A DNA stretch of 64,000 nucleotides from the human T2T-CHM13v2.0 reference genome, Homo sapiens: the NCBI RefSeq assembly GCF_009914755.1, contig NC_060944.1, one strand, 5' to 3'. The notes beneath the pieces are model-generated. The model saw only the letters and a program-made list of their open reading frames with translations. It was not told where the DNA came from and did no database searches. Shown here in pieces: positions 53,141 to 64,000 of this stretch. The stretch's first letter is position 1; every line of letters starts with the position of its first letter. A program made the translations under genes and the position numbers.

Positions 53141-56100
53141 CATTCTCAGAAACTTATCTGTGATGTATGTACTCAACTAACAGAACTAAACCATCGTTTT
53201 GAAGGAGCAGTTTTGAAACACTCTTTTTGCGGAATCTGCAAGTGGATATTTGGCTAGCTGGGAGGATTTCGTTGGAAACGGGATTACATACAAAAAGCAG
53301 ACAGCAGCATTCTCAGAAACTTCTTTGTGATGTTTGCATTCAAGTCACAGAGTTGAACATTCCCTTTCATAGAGCAGGTTTGAAACACTCTTTTTGTAGT
53401 ATCTGGATGTGGACATTTGGATCGCTTTCAGGCCTATGGTGAAAAAGGAAATATCTTCCCATGAAAACTAGACAGAAGCATTCTCAGAAACTTATTTGTG
53501 ATGTGTGCCCTCAACTGACAGTGTTGAACCTTTGTTTTGATAGGGCAGTTCTGAAACACACTTTTTGTAATATCTGCAAGAGGATATTTGGATAGCTTTG
53601 AGGATTTCGTTGGAAACGGGAATGTCTTCATGTAAACTCTAGACAGAAGCATTCTCAGAAACTGCTTTGGGATGTTTCAATTGAAGTCCCAGTGTTGAAC
53701 ATTCCCTTTCATAGAGCAGGATTGAAACACTCTTTTTGTACTATCTGGAAGTGGACATTTGGAGCGCTTTCAGGTCTACGGTGAAAAAGGAGATATCTTC
53801 CAATAAAAACTAGATAGAAGCAATGTCAGAACTTTTTTCATGATGTATCTACTCAGCAAACAGAGTTGAACCTTTCTTTTGAGAGAGCAGTTTTGAAACA
53901 CTCTTTTTGTGGAATATGCAAGTGGGTATTAGGCCAGCTTGGAGGATTTCGTTGGAAACAGGAATACGTATAAAAAGCAGACAGCAGCATTGTCAGAAAC
54001 TACTTTGTGATGTTTGCATTCAAGTCACAGAATTGAACACTCCCTTTCACAGAGCAGGTTTGAAACACTCTTTTTGTAGTGTCTGTAAGTGAACATTTGG
54101 ATTGCTTTCAGGCCTAAGGTGAAAAAGGAAATATCTTCCCATAAAAACTAGACAGAAGCATTCTCAGAAACTTGTTTGTGATGTGTGCCCTCTACTGACA
54201 GAGTTGAACCTTTCTTTGCAAAGAGCAGTTTTGAAACACTCTTTTTGTAGAATCTGCAAGAGGATATTTGGATAGCTTTGAGGATTTCTTGGGAAACGGG
54301 AATGTCTTCAGATAAACTCTAGACAGAAGCATTCTCAGAAACTTCTTTGGGATGTTTCAATTGAAGTCACAGTGTTGAACATTCCCTTTCACAGAGCAGG
54401 TTTGAAACACTCTTTTTGTAGTGTCTATAAGTGAACATTTGGCGTGCTTTCAGGCGTAACGTGAAAAAGGAAATATCTTCCCATAAAAACTAGACAGAAG
54501 CATTCTCAGAAACTTGTTCGTGATGTGTGCCCTGTACTGACAGAGTTGAACCTTTCTTTGCAAAGAGCAGCTTTGAAACACTCTTTTTGTAGAATCTGCA
54601 AGTGGATATTTGGATAGCTTGGAGGATTTCGTTGGAAACGGGTATGTCTTCAGATAAACTCTAGACAGAAGCATTCTCAGAAACTTCTTTGGGATGTTGC
54701 ATTCAAGTCACAGAGTAGAACATTCCCATTCATAGAGCAGATTTGAAACACTCTTTTTGTAGTATCTGGAAGTGGACATTTGGAGCGCTTTCAGGCCTAT
54801 GTTGAAAAAGGAAATATCTTCCCATAAAAACTAGACGGAAGCATTCTCAGAAACTTACGTGTGATGTGTTTGCTCAACTAACAGAATTGAACCATCGTTT
54901 TGAAGGAGCAGTTTTGAAACACTGTTTTCGTGGAATCTGCAAGTGGATATTTGGCTAGCTTTGAGGATTTCGTTGGAAACGGGATTACATATAAAAAGGA
55001 GTCAGCAGCATTCTCAGAAACTTCTTTGTGATGTCTGCATTCAAGTCACAGAGTTGAGCATTCCCTTTCATAGAGCAGGTTGGAAACACTCTTTTTGTAG
55101 TATCTGGATGAGGACATTTGGAGCGCTTTCAGGCGTATGGTGAAAAAGGAAATATCTTCCCGTAAAAACTAGACAGAAGCATTCTCAGAAATTTATTTGT
55201 GATGTGTGCCCTCAACTAACAGAGTTGAACCTTTCTTTTGATAGAGCAGTTTTGAAACACTCTTTTTGTAAAATCTGCAAGAGGATATTTGGATAGCTTT
55301 GAGGATTTCTTGCAAACGGGAATGGCTTCATATAAACTCTAGACAGAAGCATTCTCAGAAACTTCGTTGGGATGTTGCGATTGAAGTCCCAGTGTTGAAC
55401 ATCCCCTTTTATAGAGCAGGTTGGAAACACTCTTTCTGCATTCCCTGGAAGTGGACATTTGGAGCGCTTTCAGGACGACGGTGAAAATGGAAATATCTTC
55501 CAATAAAATCTAGATAGAAGCAACGTCAGAAACTTTTATGTGATGGATCTACTCAGCTAACAGAGTTGAACCTTTCTTTTGAGAGAGCAGTTTTGCAACA
55601 CTCTTTTTGTGGAATATGCAAGTGGATATTAGGGCAGCTTTGAGGATTTCGTTGGAAACGGGAATACATGTAAAAAGCAGACAGCAGCATTCTCAGAAAC
55701 TTCTTTGTGATGTTTGCATTGAAGTCACAGAGTTGAACATTCCCTTTGAGAGAGCAGGTTTGAAACACGCCTTTTGTCATATCTGGAAGTGTCCATTCGG
55801 AGCGCATTCAGGCTTGTGTTGAAAAAGGAAATATCCTCCCATAAAAACTAGACAGAAGCATTCTCAGAAACTTATCTGTGATGTATGTACTCAACTAACA
55901 GAACTAAACCATCGTTTTGAAGGAGCAGTTTTGAAACACTCTTTTTGCGGAATCTGCAAGTGGATATTTGGCTAGCTGGGAGGATTTCGTTGGAAACGGG
56001 ATTACATACAAAAAGCAGACAGCAGCATTCTCAGAAACTTCTTTGTGATGTTTGCATTCAAGTCACAGAGTTGAACATTCCCTTTCATAGAGCAGGTTTG

Positions 56101-59100
56101 AAACACTCTTTTTGTAGTATCTGGATGTGGACATTTGGATCGCTTTCAGGCCTATGGTGAAAAAGGAAATATCTTCCCATGAAAACTAGACAGAAGCATT
56201 CTCAGAAACTTATTTGTGATGTGTGCCCTCAACTGACAGTGTTGAACCTTTGTTTTGATAGAGCAGTTCTGAAACACACTTTTTGTAAAATCTGCAAGAG
56301 GATATTTGGATAGCTTTGAGGATTTCGTTGGAAACGGGAATGTCTTCATGTAAACTCTAGACAGAAGCATTCTCAGAAACTGCTTTGGGATGTTTCAATT
56401 GAAGTCCCAGTGTTGAACATTCCCTTTCATAGAGCAGGTTTGAAACACTCTTTTTGTACTATCTGGAAGTGGACATTTGGAGCGCTTTCAGGTCTACGGT
56501 GAAAAAGGAGATATCTTCCAATAAAAACTAGATAGAAGCAATGTCAGAACTTTTTTCATGACGTATCTACTCAGCAAACAGAGTTGAACCTTTCTTTTGA
56601 GAGAGCAGTTTTGAAACACTCTTTTTGTGGAATATGCAAGTGGGTATTAGGCCAGCTTGGAGGATTTCGTTGGAAACGGGAATACGTATAAAAAGCAGAC
56701 AGCAGCATTGTCAGAAACTACTTTGTGATGTTTGCATTCAAGTCACAGAATTGAACACTCCCTTTCACAGAGCAGGTTTGAAACAATCTTTTTGTAGTGT
56801 CTGTAAGTGAACATTTGGATTGCTTTCAGGCCTAAGGTGAAAAAGGAAATATCTTCCCATAAAAACTAGACAGAAGCATTCTCAGAAACTTGTTTGTGAT
56901 GTGTGCCCTCTACTGACAGAGTTGAACCTTTCTTTGCAAAGAGCAGTTTTGAAACACTCTTTTTGTAGAATCTGCAAGAGGATATTTGGATAGCTTTGAG
57001 GATTTCTTGGGAAACGGGAATGTCTTCAGATAAACTCTAGACAGAAGCATTCTCAGAAACTTCTTTGGGATGTTTCAATTGAAGTCACAGTGTTGAACAT
57101 TCCCTTTCACAGAGCAGGTTTGAAACACTCTTTTTGTAGTGTCTATAAGTGAACATTTGGCGTGCTTTCAGGCCTAACGTGAAAAAGGAAATATCTTCCC
57201 ATAAAAACTAGACAGAAGCATTCTGAGAAACTTGTTCGTGATGTGTGCCCTCTACTGACAGAGTTGAACCTTTCTTTGCAAAGAGCAGCTTTGAAACACT
57301 CTTTTTGTAGAATCTGCAAGAGGATATTTGGATAGCTTTGAGGATTTCGTTGGAAACGGGTATGTCTTCAGATAAACTCTAGACAGAAGCATTCTCAGAA
57401 ACTTCTTTGGGATGTTGCATTCAAGTCACAGAGTAGAACATTCCCATTCATAGAGCAGATTTGAAACACTCTTTTTGTAGTATCTGGAAGTGGACATTTG
57501 GAGCGCTTTCAGGCCTATGTTGAAAAAGGAAATATCTTCCCATAAAAACTAGACGGAAGCATTCTCAGAAACTTACTTGTGATGTGTTTGCTCAACTAAC
57601 AGAATTGAACCATCGTTTTGAAGGAGCAGTTTTGAAACACTGTTTTCGTGGAATCTGCAAGTGGATATTTGGCTAGCTTTGAGGATTTCGTTGGAAACGG
57701 GATTACATATAAAAAGGAGACAGCAGCATTCTCAGAAACTTCTTTGTGATGTCTGCATTCAAGTCACAGAGTTGAGCATTCCCTTTCATAGAGCAGGTTG
57801 GAAACACTCTTTTTGTAGTATCTGGATGAGGACATTTGGAGCGCTTTCAGGCGTATGGTGAAAAAGGAAATATCTTCCCGTAAAAACTAGACAGAAGCAT
57901 TCTCAGAAATTTATTTGTGATGTGTGCCCTCAACTAACAGAGTTGAACCTTTCTTTTGATAGAGCAGTTTTGAAAAACTCTTTTTGTAAAATCTGCAAGA
58001 GGATATTTGGATAGCTTTGAGGATTTCTTGCAAACGGGAATGGCTTCATATAAACTCTAGACAGAAGCATTCTCAGAAACTTCTTTGGGATGTTTCGATT
58101 GAAGTCCCAGTGTTGAACTTTCCCTTTTATAGAGCAGGTTGGAAACACTCTTTCTGCATTCCCTGGAAGTGGACATTTGGAGCGCTTTCAGGACGACGGT
58201 GAAAATGGAAATATCTTCCAATAAAATCTAGATAGAAGCAACGTCAGAAACTTTTATGTGATGGATCTACTCAGCTAACAGAGTTGAACCTTTCTTTTGA
58301 GAGAGCAGTTCTGCAACACTCTTTTTGTGGAATATGCAAGTGGATATTAGGGCAGCTTTGAGGATTTCGTTGGAAACGGGAATACATGTAAAAAGCAGAC
58401 AGCAGCATTCTCAGAAACTTCTTTGTGATGTTTGCATTGAAGTCACAGAGTTGAACATTCCCTTTGAGAGAGCAGGTTTGAAACACGCCTTTTGTCATAT
58501 CTGGAAGTGTCCATTCGGAGCGCGTTCAGGCTTGTGTTGAAAAAGGAAATATCCTCCCATAAAAACTACACAGAAGCATTCTCAGGAAGTTATTTGTGAT
58601 GTATGTACTCAACTAACAGAACTAAACCATCGTTTTGAAGGAGCAGTTTTGAAACACTCTTTTTGCGGAATCTGCAAGTGGATATTTGGCTAGCTGGGAG
58701 GATTTCGTTGGAAACGGGATTACATACAAAAAGCAGAGAGCAGCATTCTCAGAAACTTCTTTGTGATGTTTGCATTCAAGTCACAGAGTTGAACATTCCC
58801 TTTCATAGAGCAGGTTTGAAACACTCTTTTTGTAGTATCTGGATGTGGACATTTGGATCGCTTTCAGGCCTATGGTGAAAAAGGAAATATCTTCCCATGA
58901 AAACTAGACAGAAGCATTCTCAGAAACTTATTTGTGATGTGTGCCCTCAACTGACAGTGTTGAACCTTTGTTTTGATAGAGCAGTTCTGAAACACACTTT
59001 TTGTAAAATCTGCAAGAGGATATTTGGATAGCTTTGAGGATTTCGTTGGAAATGGGAATGTCTTCATGTAAACTCTAGACAGAAGCATTCTCAGAAACTG

Positions 59101-61293
59101 CTTTGGGATGTTTCAATTGAAGTCCCAGTGTTGAACATTCCCTTTCATAGAGCAGGTTTGAAACACTCTTTTTGTACTATCTGGAAATGGACATTTGGAG
59201 CGCTTTCAGGTCTACGGTGAAAAAGGAGATATCTTCCAATAAAAACTAGATAGAAGCAATGTCAGAACTTTTTTCATGATGTATCTACTCAGCAAACAGA
59301 GTTGAACCTTTCTTTTGAGAGAGCAGTTTTGAAACACTCTTTTTGTGGAATATGCAAGTGGGTATTAGGCCAGCTTGGAGGATTTCGTTGGAAACGGGAA
59401 TACGTATAAAAAGCAGACAGCAGCATTGTCAGAAACTACTTTGTGATGTTTGCATTCAAGTCACAGAATTGAACACTCCCTTTCACAGAGCAGGTTTGAA
59501 ACACTCTTTTTGTAGTGTCTGTAAGTGAACATTTGGATTGCTTTCAGGCCTAAGGTGAAAAAGGAAATATCTTCCCATAAAAACTAGACAGAAGCATTCT
59601 CAGAAACTTGTTTGTGATGTGTGCCCTCTACTGACAGAGTTGAACCTTTCTTTGCAAAGAGCAGTTTTGAAACACTCTTTTTGTAGAATCTGCAAGAGGA
59701 TATTTGGATAGCTTTGAGGATTTCTTGGGAAACGGGAATGTCTTCAGATAAACTCTAGACAGAAGCATTCTCAGAAACTTCTTTGGGATGTTTCAATTGA
59801 AGTCACAGTGTTGAACATTCCCTTTCACAGAGCAGGTTTGAAACACTCTTTTTGTAGTGTCTATAAGTGAACATTTGTCGTGCTTTCAGGCCTAACGTGA
59901 AAAAGGAAATATCTTCCCATAAAAACTAGACAGAAGCATTCTCAGAAACTTGTTCGTGATGTGTGCCTCTACTGACAGAGTTGAACCTTTCTTTGCAAAG
60001 AGCAGCTTTGAAACACTCTTTTTGTAGAATCTGCAAGAGGATATTTGGATAGCTTTGAGGATTTCGTCGGAAACGGGTATGTCTTCAGATAAACTCTAGA
60101 CAGAAGCATTCTCAGAAATTTCTTTGGGATGTTGCATTCAAGTCACAGAGTAGAACATTCCCATTCATAGAGCAGATTTGAAACACTCTTTTTGTAGTAT
60201 CTGGAAGTGGACATTTGGAGCGCTTTCAGGCCTATGTTGAAAAAGGAAATATCTTCCCATAAAAACTAGACGGAAGCATTCTCAGAAACTTACTTGTGAT
60301 GTGTTTGCTCAACTAACAGAATTGAACCATCGTTTTGAAGGAGCAGTTTTGAAACACTGTTTTCGTGGAATCTGCAAGTGGATATTTGGCTAGCTTTGAG
60401 GATTTCGTTGGAAACGGGATTACATATAAAAAGGAGACAGCAGCATTCTCAGAAACTTCTTTGTGATGTCTGCATTCAAGTCACAGAGTTGAGCATTCCC
60501 TTTCATAGAGCAGGTTGGAAACACTCTTTTTGTAGTATCTGGATGAGGACATTTGGAGCGCTTTGAGGCCTATGGTGAAAAAGGAAATATCTTCCCGTAA
60601 AAACTAGACAGAAGCATTCTCAGAAATTTATTTGTGATGTGTGCCCTCAACTAACAGAGTTGAACCTTTCTTTTGATAGAGCAGTTTTGAAACACTCTTT
60701 TTGTAAAATCTGCAAGAGGATATTTGGATAGCTTTGAGGATTTCGTTGCAAACGGGAATGGCTTCATATAAACTCTAGACAGAAGCATTCTCAGAAACTT
60801 CGTTGGGATGTTTCGATTGAAGTCCCAGTGTTGAACATTCCCTTTTTTAGAGCAGGTTGGAAACACTCTTTCTGCATTCCCTGGAAGTGGACATTTGGAG
60901 CGCTTTCAGGACAACGGTGAAAATGGAAATATCTTCCAATAAAATCTAGATAGAACAACGTCAGAAACTTTTATGTGATGGATCTACTCAGCTAACAGAG
61001 TTGAACCTTTCTTTTGAGAGAGCAGTTTTGCAACACTCTTTTTGTGGAATATGCAAGTGGATATTAGGGCAGCTTTGAGGATTTCGTTGGAAACGGGAAT
61101 ACATGTAAAAAGCAGACAGCAGCATTCTCAGAAACTTCTTTGTGATGTTTGCATTGAAGTCACAGAGTTGAACATTCCCTTTGAGAGAGCAGGTTTGAAA
61201 CACGCCTTTTGTCATATCTGGAAGTGTCCATTCGGAGCGCATTCAGGCTTGTGTTGAAAAAGGAAATATCCTCCCATAAAAACTAGACAGAAG
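53141..61293 (+). repeat. H23-H25, three 16-mers with 1-bp deletions (2,718, 2,718 and 2,717 bp)
   Basis: Markers at 53227, 55945, 58663 and 61380. Deletions lie in the m13 box (about 55310 and 58028) and at about 59967 and 60955. Confidence 0.9.
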
Positions 61294-64000
61294 CATTCTC
61301 AGAAACTTATCTGTGATGTATGTACTCAACTAACAGAACTAAACCATCGTTTTGAATTAGTAGTTTTGAAACACTCTTTTTGCGGAATCTGCAAGTGGAT
61401 ATTTGGCTAGCTGGGAGGATTTCGTTGGAAACGGGATTACATACAAAAAGCAGAGAGCAGTATTCTCAGAAACTTCTTTGTGATGTTTGCATTCAAGTCA
61501 CAGAGTTGAACATTCCCTTTCATAGAGCAGGTTTGAAACACTCTTTTTGTAGTATCTGGATGTGGACATTTGGATCGCTTTCAGGCCTATGGTGAAAAAG
61601 GAAATATCTTCCCATGAAAAGTAGACAGAAGCATTCTCAGAAACTTATTTGTGATGTGTGCCCTCAACTGACAGTGTTGAACCTTTGTTTTGGTAGAGCA
61701 GTTCTGAAACACACTTTTTGTAAAATCTGCAAGAGGATATTTGGATAGCTTTGAGGATTTCGTTGGAAACGGGAATGTCTTCATGTAAACTCTAGACAGA
61801 AGCATTCTCAGAAACTGCTTTGGGATGTTTCAATTGAAGTCCCAGTGTTGAACATTCCCTTTCATAGAGCAGGTTTGAAACACTCTTTTTGTACTATCTG
61901 GAAGTGGACATTTGGAGCGCTTTCAGGTCTACGGTGAAAAAGGAGATATCTTCCAATAAAAACTAGATAGAAGCAATGTCAGAACTTTTTTCATGATGTA
62001 TCTACTCAGCAAACAGAGTTGAACCTTTCTTTTGAGAGAGCAGTTTTGAAACACTCTTTTTGTGGAATATGCAAGTGGGTATTAGGCCAGCTTGGAGGAT
62101 TTCGTTGGAAACGGGAATACGTATAAAAAGCAGGCAGCAGCATTGTCAGAAACTACTTTGTGATGTTTGCATTCAAGTCACAGAATTGAACACTCCCTTT
62201 CACAGAGCAGGTTTGAAACACTCTTTTTGTAGTGTCTGTAAGTGAACATTTGGATTGCTTTCAGGCCTAAGGTGAAAAAGGAAATATCTTCCCATAAAAA
62301 CTAGACAGAAGCATTCTCAGAAACTTGTTTGTGATGTGTGCCCTCTACTGACAGAGTTGAACCTTTCTTTGCAAAGAGCAGTTTTGAAACACTCTTTTTG
62401 TAGAATCTGCAAGAGGATATTTGGATAGCTTTGAGGATTTCTTGGGAAACGGGAATGTCTTCAGATAAACTCTAGACAGAAGCATTCTCAGAAACTTCTT
62501 TGGGATGTTTCAATTGAAGTCACAGTGTTGAACATTCCCTTTCACAGAGCAGGTTTGAAACACTCTTTTTGTAGTGTCTATAAGTGAACATTTGGCGTGC
62601 TTTCAGGCCTAACGTGAAAAAGGAAATATCTTCCCATAAAAACTAGACAGAAGCATTCTCAGAAACTTGTTCGTGACGTGTGCCCTCTACTGACAGAGTT
62701 GAACCTTTCTTTGCAAAGAGCAGCTTTGACACACTCTTTTTGTAGAATCTGCAAGAGGATATTTGGATAGCTTTGAGGATTTCGTTGGAAACGGGTATGT
62801 CTTCAGATAAACTCTAGACAGAAGCATTCTCAGAAATTTCTTTGGGATGTTGCATTCAAGTCACAGAGTAGAACATTCCCATTCATACAGCAGATTTGAA
62901 ACACTCTTTTTGTACTATCTGGAAGTGGACATTTGGAGCGCTTTCAGGCATATGTTGAAAAAGAAAATATCTTCCCATAAAAACTAGACAGAAGCATTCT
63001 CAGAAACTTGTTTGTGATGTGTGCCCTCTACTGACAGATTTGAACCTTTCTTTGCAAAGAGAAGCTTTGAAACACTCTTTTTGTAGAATCTGCAAGAGGA
63101 TATTTGGATAGCTTTGAGGATTTCGTTGGTAACGGGTATGTCTTCAGATAAACTCTAGACAGAAGCATTCTCAGAAACTTCTTTGGGATGTTTCAATTGA
63201 AGTCACAGTGTTGAACATTCCCTTTCACAGAGCGGGTTTGAAACTCTCTTTTTGTAGTGTCTATAAGTGAACATTTGGCGTGCTTTCAGGCGTAACGTGA
63301 AAAAGGAAATATCTTCCCATAAAAACTAGACAGAAGCATTCTCAGAAACTTGTTCATGATGTGTGCCCTCTACTGACAGAGTTGAACCTTTCTTTGCAAA
63401 GAGCAGCTTTGAAACACTCTTTTTGTAGAATCTGCAAGAGGATATTTGGATAGCTTGGAGGATTTCGTTGGAAACGGGTATGTCTTCAGATAAACTCTAG
63501 ACAGAAGCATTCTCAGAAACTTCTTTGGGATGTTGCATTCAAGTCACAGAGTAGAACATTCCCATTCATAGAGCAGATTTGAAACACTCTTTTTGTAGTA
63601 TCTGGAAGTGGACATTTGGAGCGCTTTCAGGCCTATGTTGAAAAAGGAATTATCTTCCCATAAAAACTAGACGGAAGCATTCTCAGAAACTTACTTGTGA
63701 TGTGTTTGCTCAACTAACAGAATTGAACCATCGTTTTGAAGGAGCAGTTTTGAAACACTGTTTTCGTGGAATCTGCAAGTGGATATTTGGCTAGCTTTGA
63801 GGATTTCGTTGGAAACGGGATTACATATAAAAAGGAGACAGCAGCATTCTCAGAAACTTCTTTGTGATGTCTGCATTCAAGTCACAGAGTTGAGCATTCC
63901 CTTTCATAGAGCAGGTTGGAAACACTCTTTTTGTAGTATCTGGATGAGGACATTTGGAGCACTTTCTGGCGTATGGTGAAAAAGGAAATATCTTCCCGTA
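61294..64000 (+). repeat. H26, expanded unit (m1-m10, m9-like, m8, m9, m10, m11, m12...), cut by the window end
   Basis: The m11 marker is 683 bp later than expected (63779 versus 63096), equal to 4 extra monomers. Confidence 0.88.

Larger units (their letters stand above)
1..64000 (+). repeat. Centromeric alpha-satellite higher-order repeat array (SF2 dimeric type, 16-mer/2,719-bp basic unit)
   Basis: Uninterrupted ~171-bp monomers (cattctcagaaact...tagacagaag). CENP-B box tttcgttggaaacggga in alternate monomers. Marker ORFs recur at exact 2,719-bp spacing (161, 2880, 5599, 8318). Confidence 0.99.
1..64000. other. Probable human chromosome 20 active centromeric array D20Z2 (S2C20H1L)
   Basis: SF2-like D1/D2 monomers with strict A/B alternation and a 16-mer period. 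D17Z1, also a 16-mer, is pentameric SF3 and does not fit. Assigned from recalled knowledge, not by alignment. Confidence 0.8.

Noticed and set aside
61325-61370. Hairpin/template-switch origin for the gaattagtag cluster
   Set aside because: The reverse complement does not exactly match the nearby upstream aactaacagaactaa, so no quasi-palindrome template is supported.
161-63979. About 150 short ORFs (61-95 aa) on both strands with recurring motifs such as RISLETG and HSQKLLCDVCI
   Set aside because: They are translations of satellite monomers. They recur with the HOR period, many start at TTG/GTG, they overlap on both strands and resemble no protein family. I used them only as position markers.
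1-64000. CRISPR-like or other prokaryotic repeat-spacer system (regularly spaced agacagaagcattctcagaaact)
   Set aside because: The intervening sequences are homologous monomer bodies rather than unique spacers, and there are no cas or other genes.
1-64000. Chromosome 17 D17Z1, also a ~2.7-kb 16-mer
   Set aside because: D17Z1 is pentameric SF3; this array shows a dimeric A/B alternation with SF2-type monomers.
1-64000. L1/Alu insertion, inversion or unique-sequence island
   Set aside because: All marker spacings are fully explained by whole-monomer gains or losses and small indels. I saw no poly(A) tail, target-site duplication or strand switch.

Overview
All 64 kb is primate, most likely human, centromeric alpha-satellite DNA: about 375 head-to-tail ~171-bp monomers in one orientation. 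I saw no genes, transposon insertions or inversions. Monomers alternate between CENP-B-box (B-type) and pJalpha-box (A-type) classes, with sequences typical of suprachromosomal family 2 (D1/D2). They form a 16-monomer, 2,719-bp higher-order repeat (HOR), best matching the live chromosome 20 array D20Z2/S2C20H1L; that assignment is from recall, not a search. My numbering starts monomers at cattctcagaaac with m1 at 75. Monomer starts in the first unit are 75, 242, 413, 584, 755, 922, 1093, 1264, 1435, 1606, 1776, 1943, 2114, 2285, 2456 and 2623, and the next m1 is at 2794. About 26 units are present, roughly 40% of them structural variants: two 10-mers, 14-mers of two kinds, a 12-mer, a 6-mer, a parity-breaking 11-mer and a unit expanded by 4 monomers. 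There is also a recurrent 20-bp pJalpha-box deletion, a complex 15-bp indel, multi-HOR duplications and patterned CENP-B-box loss. Every ORF in the track is a by-product of the repeat. I found no new gene-encoded system; the interest lies in array architecture and evolution.
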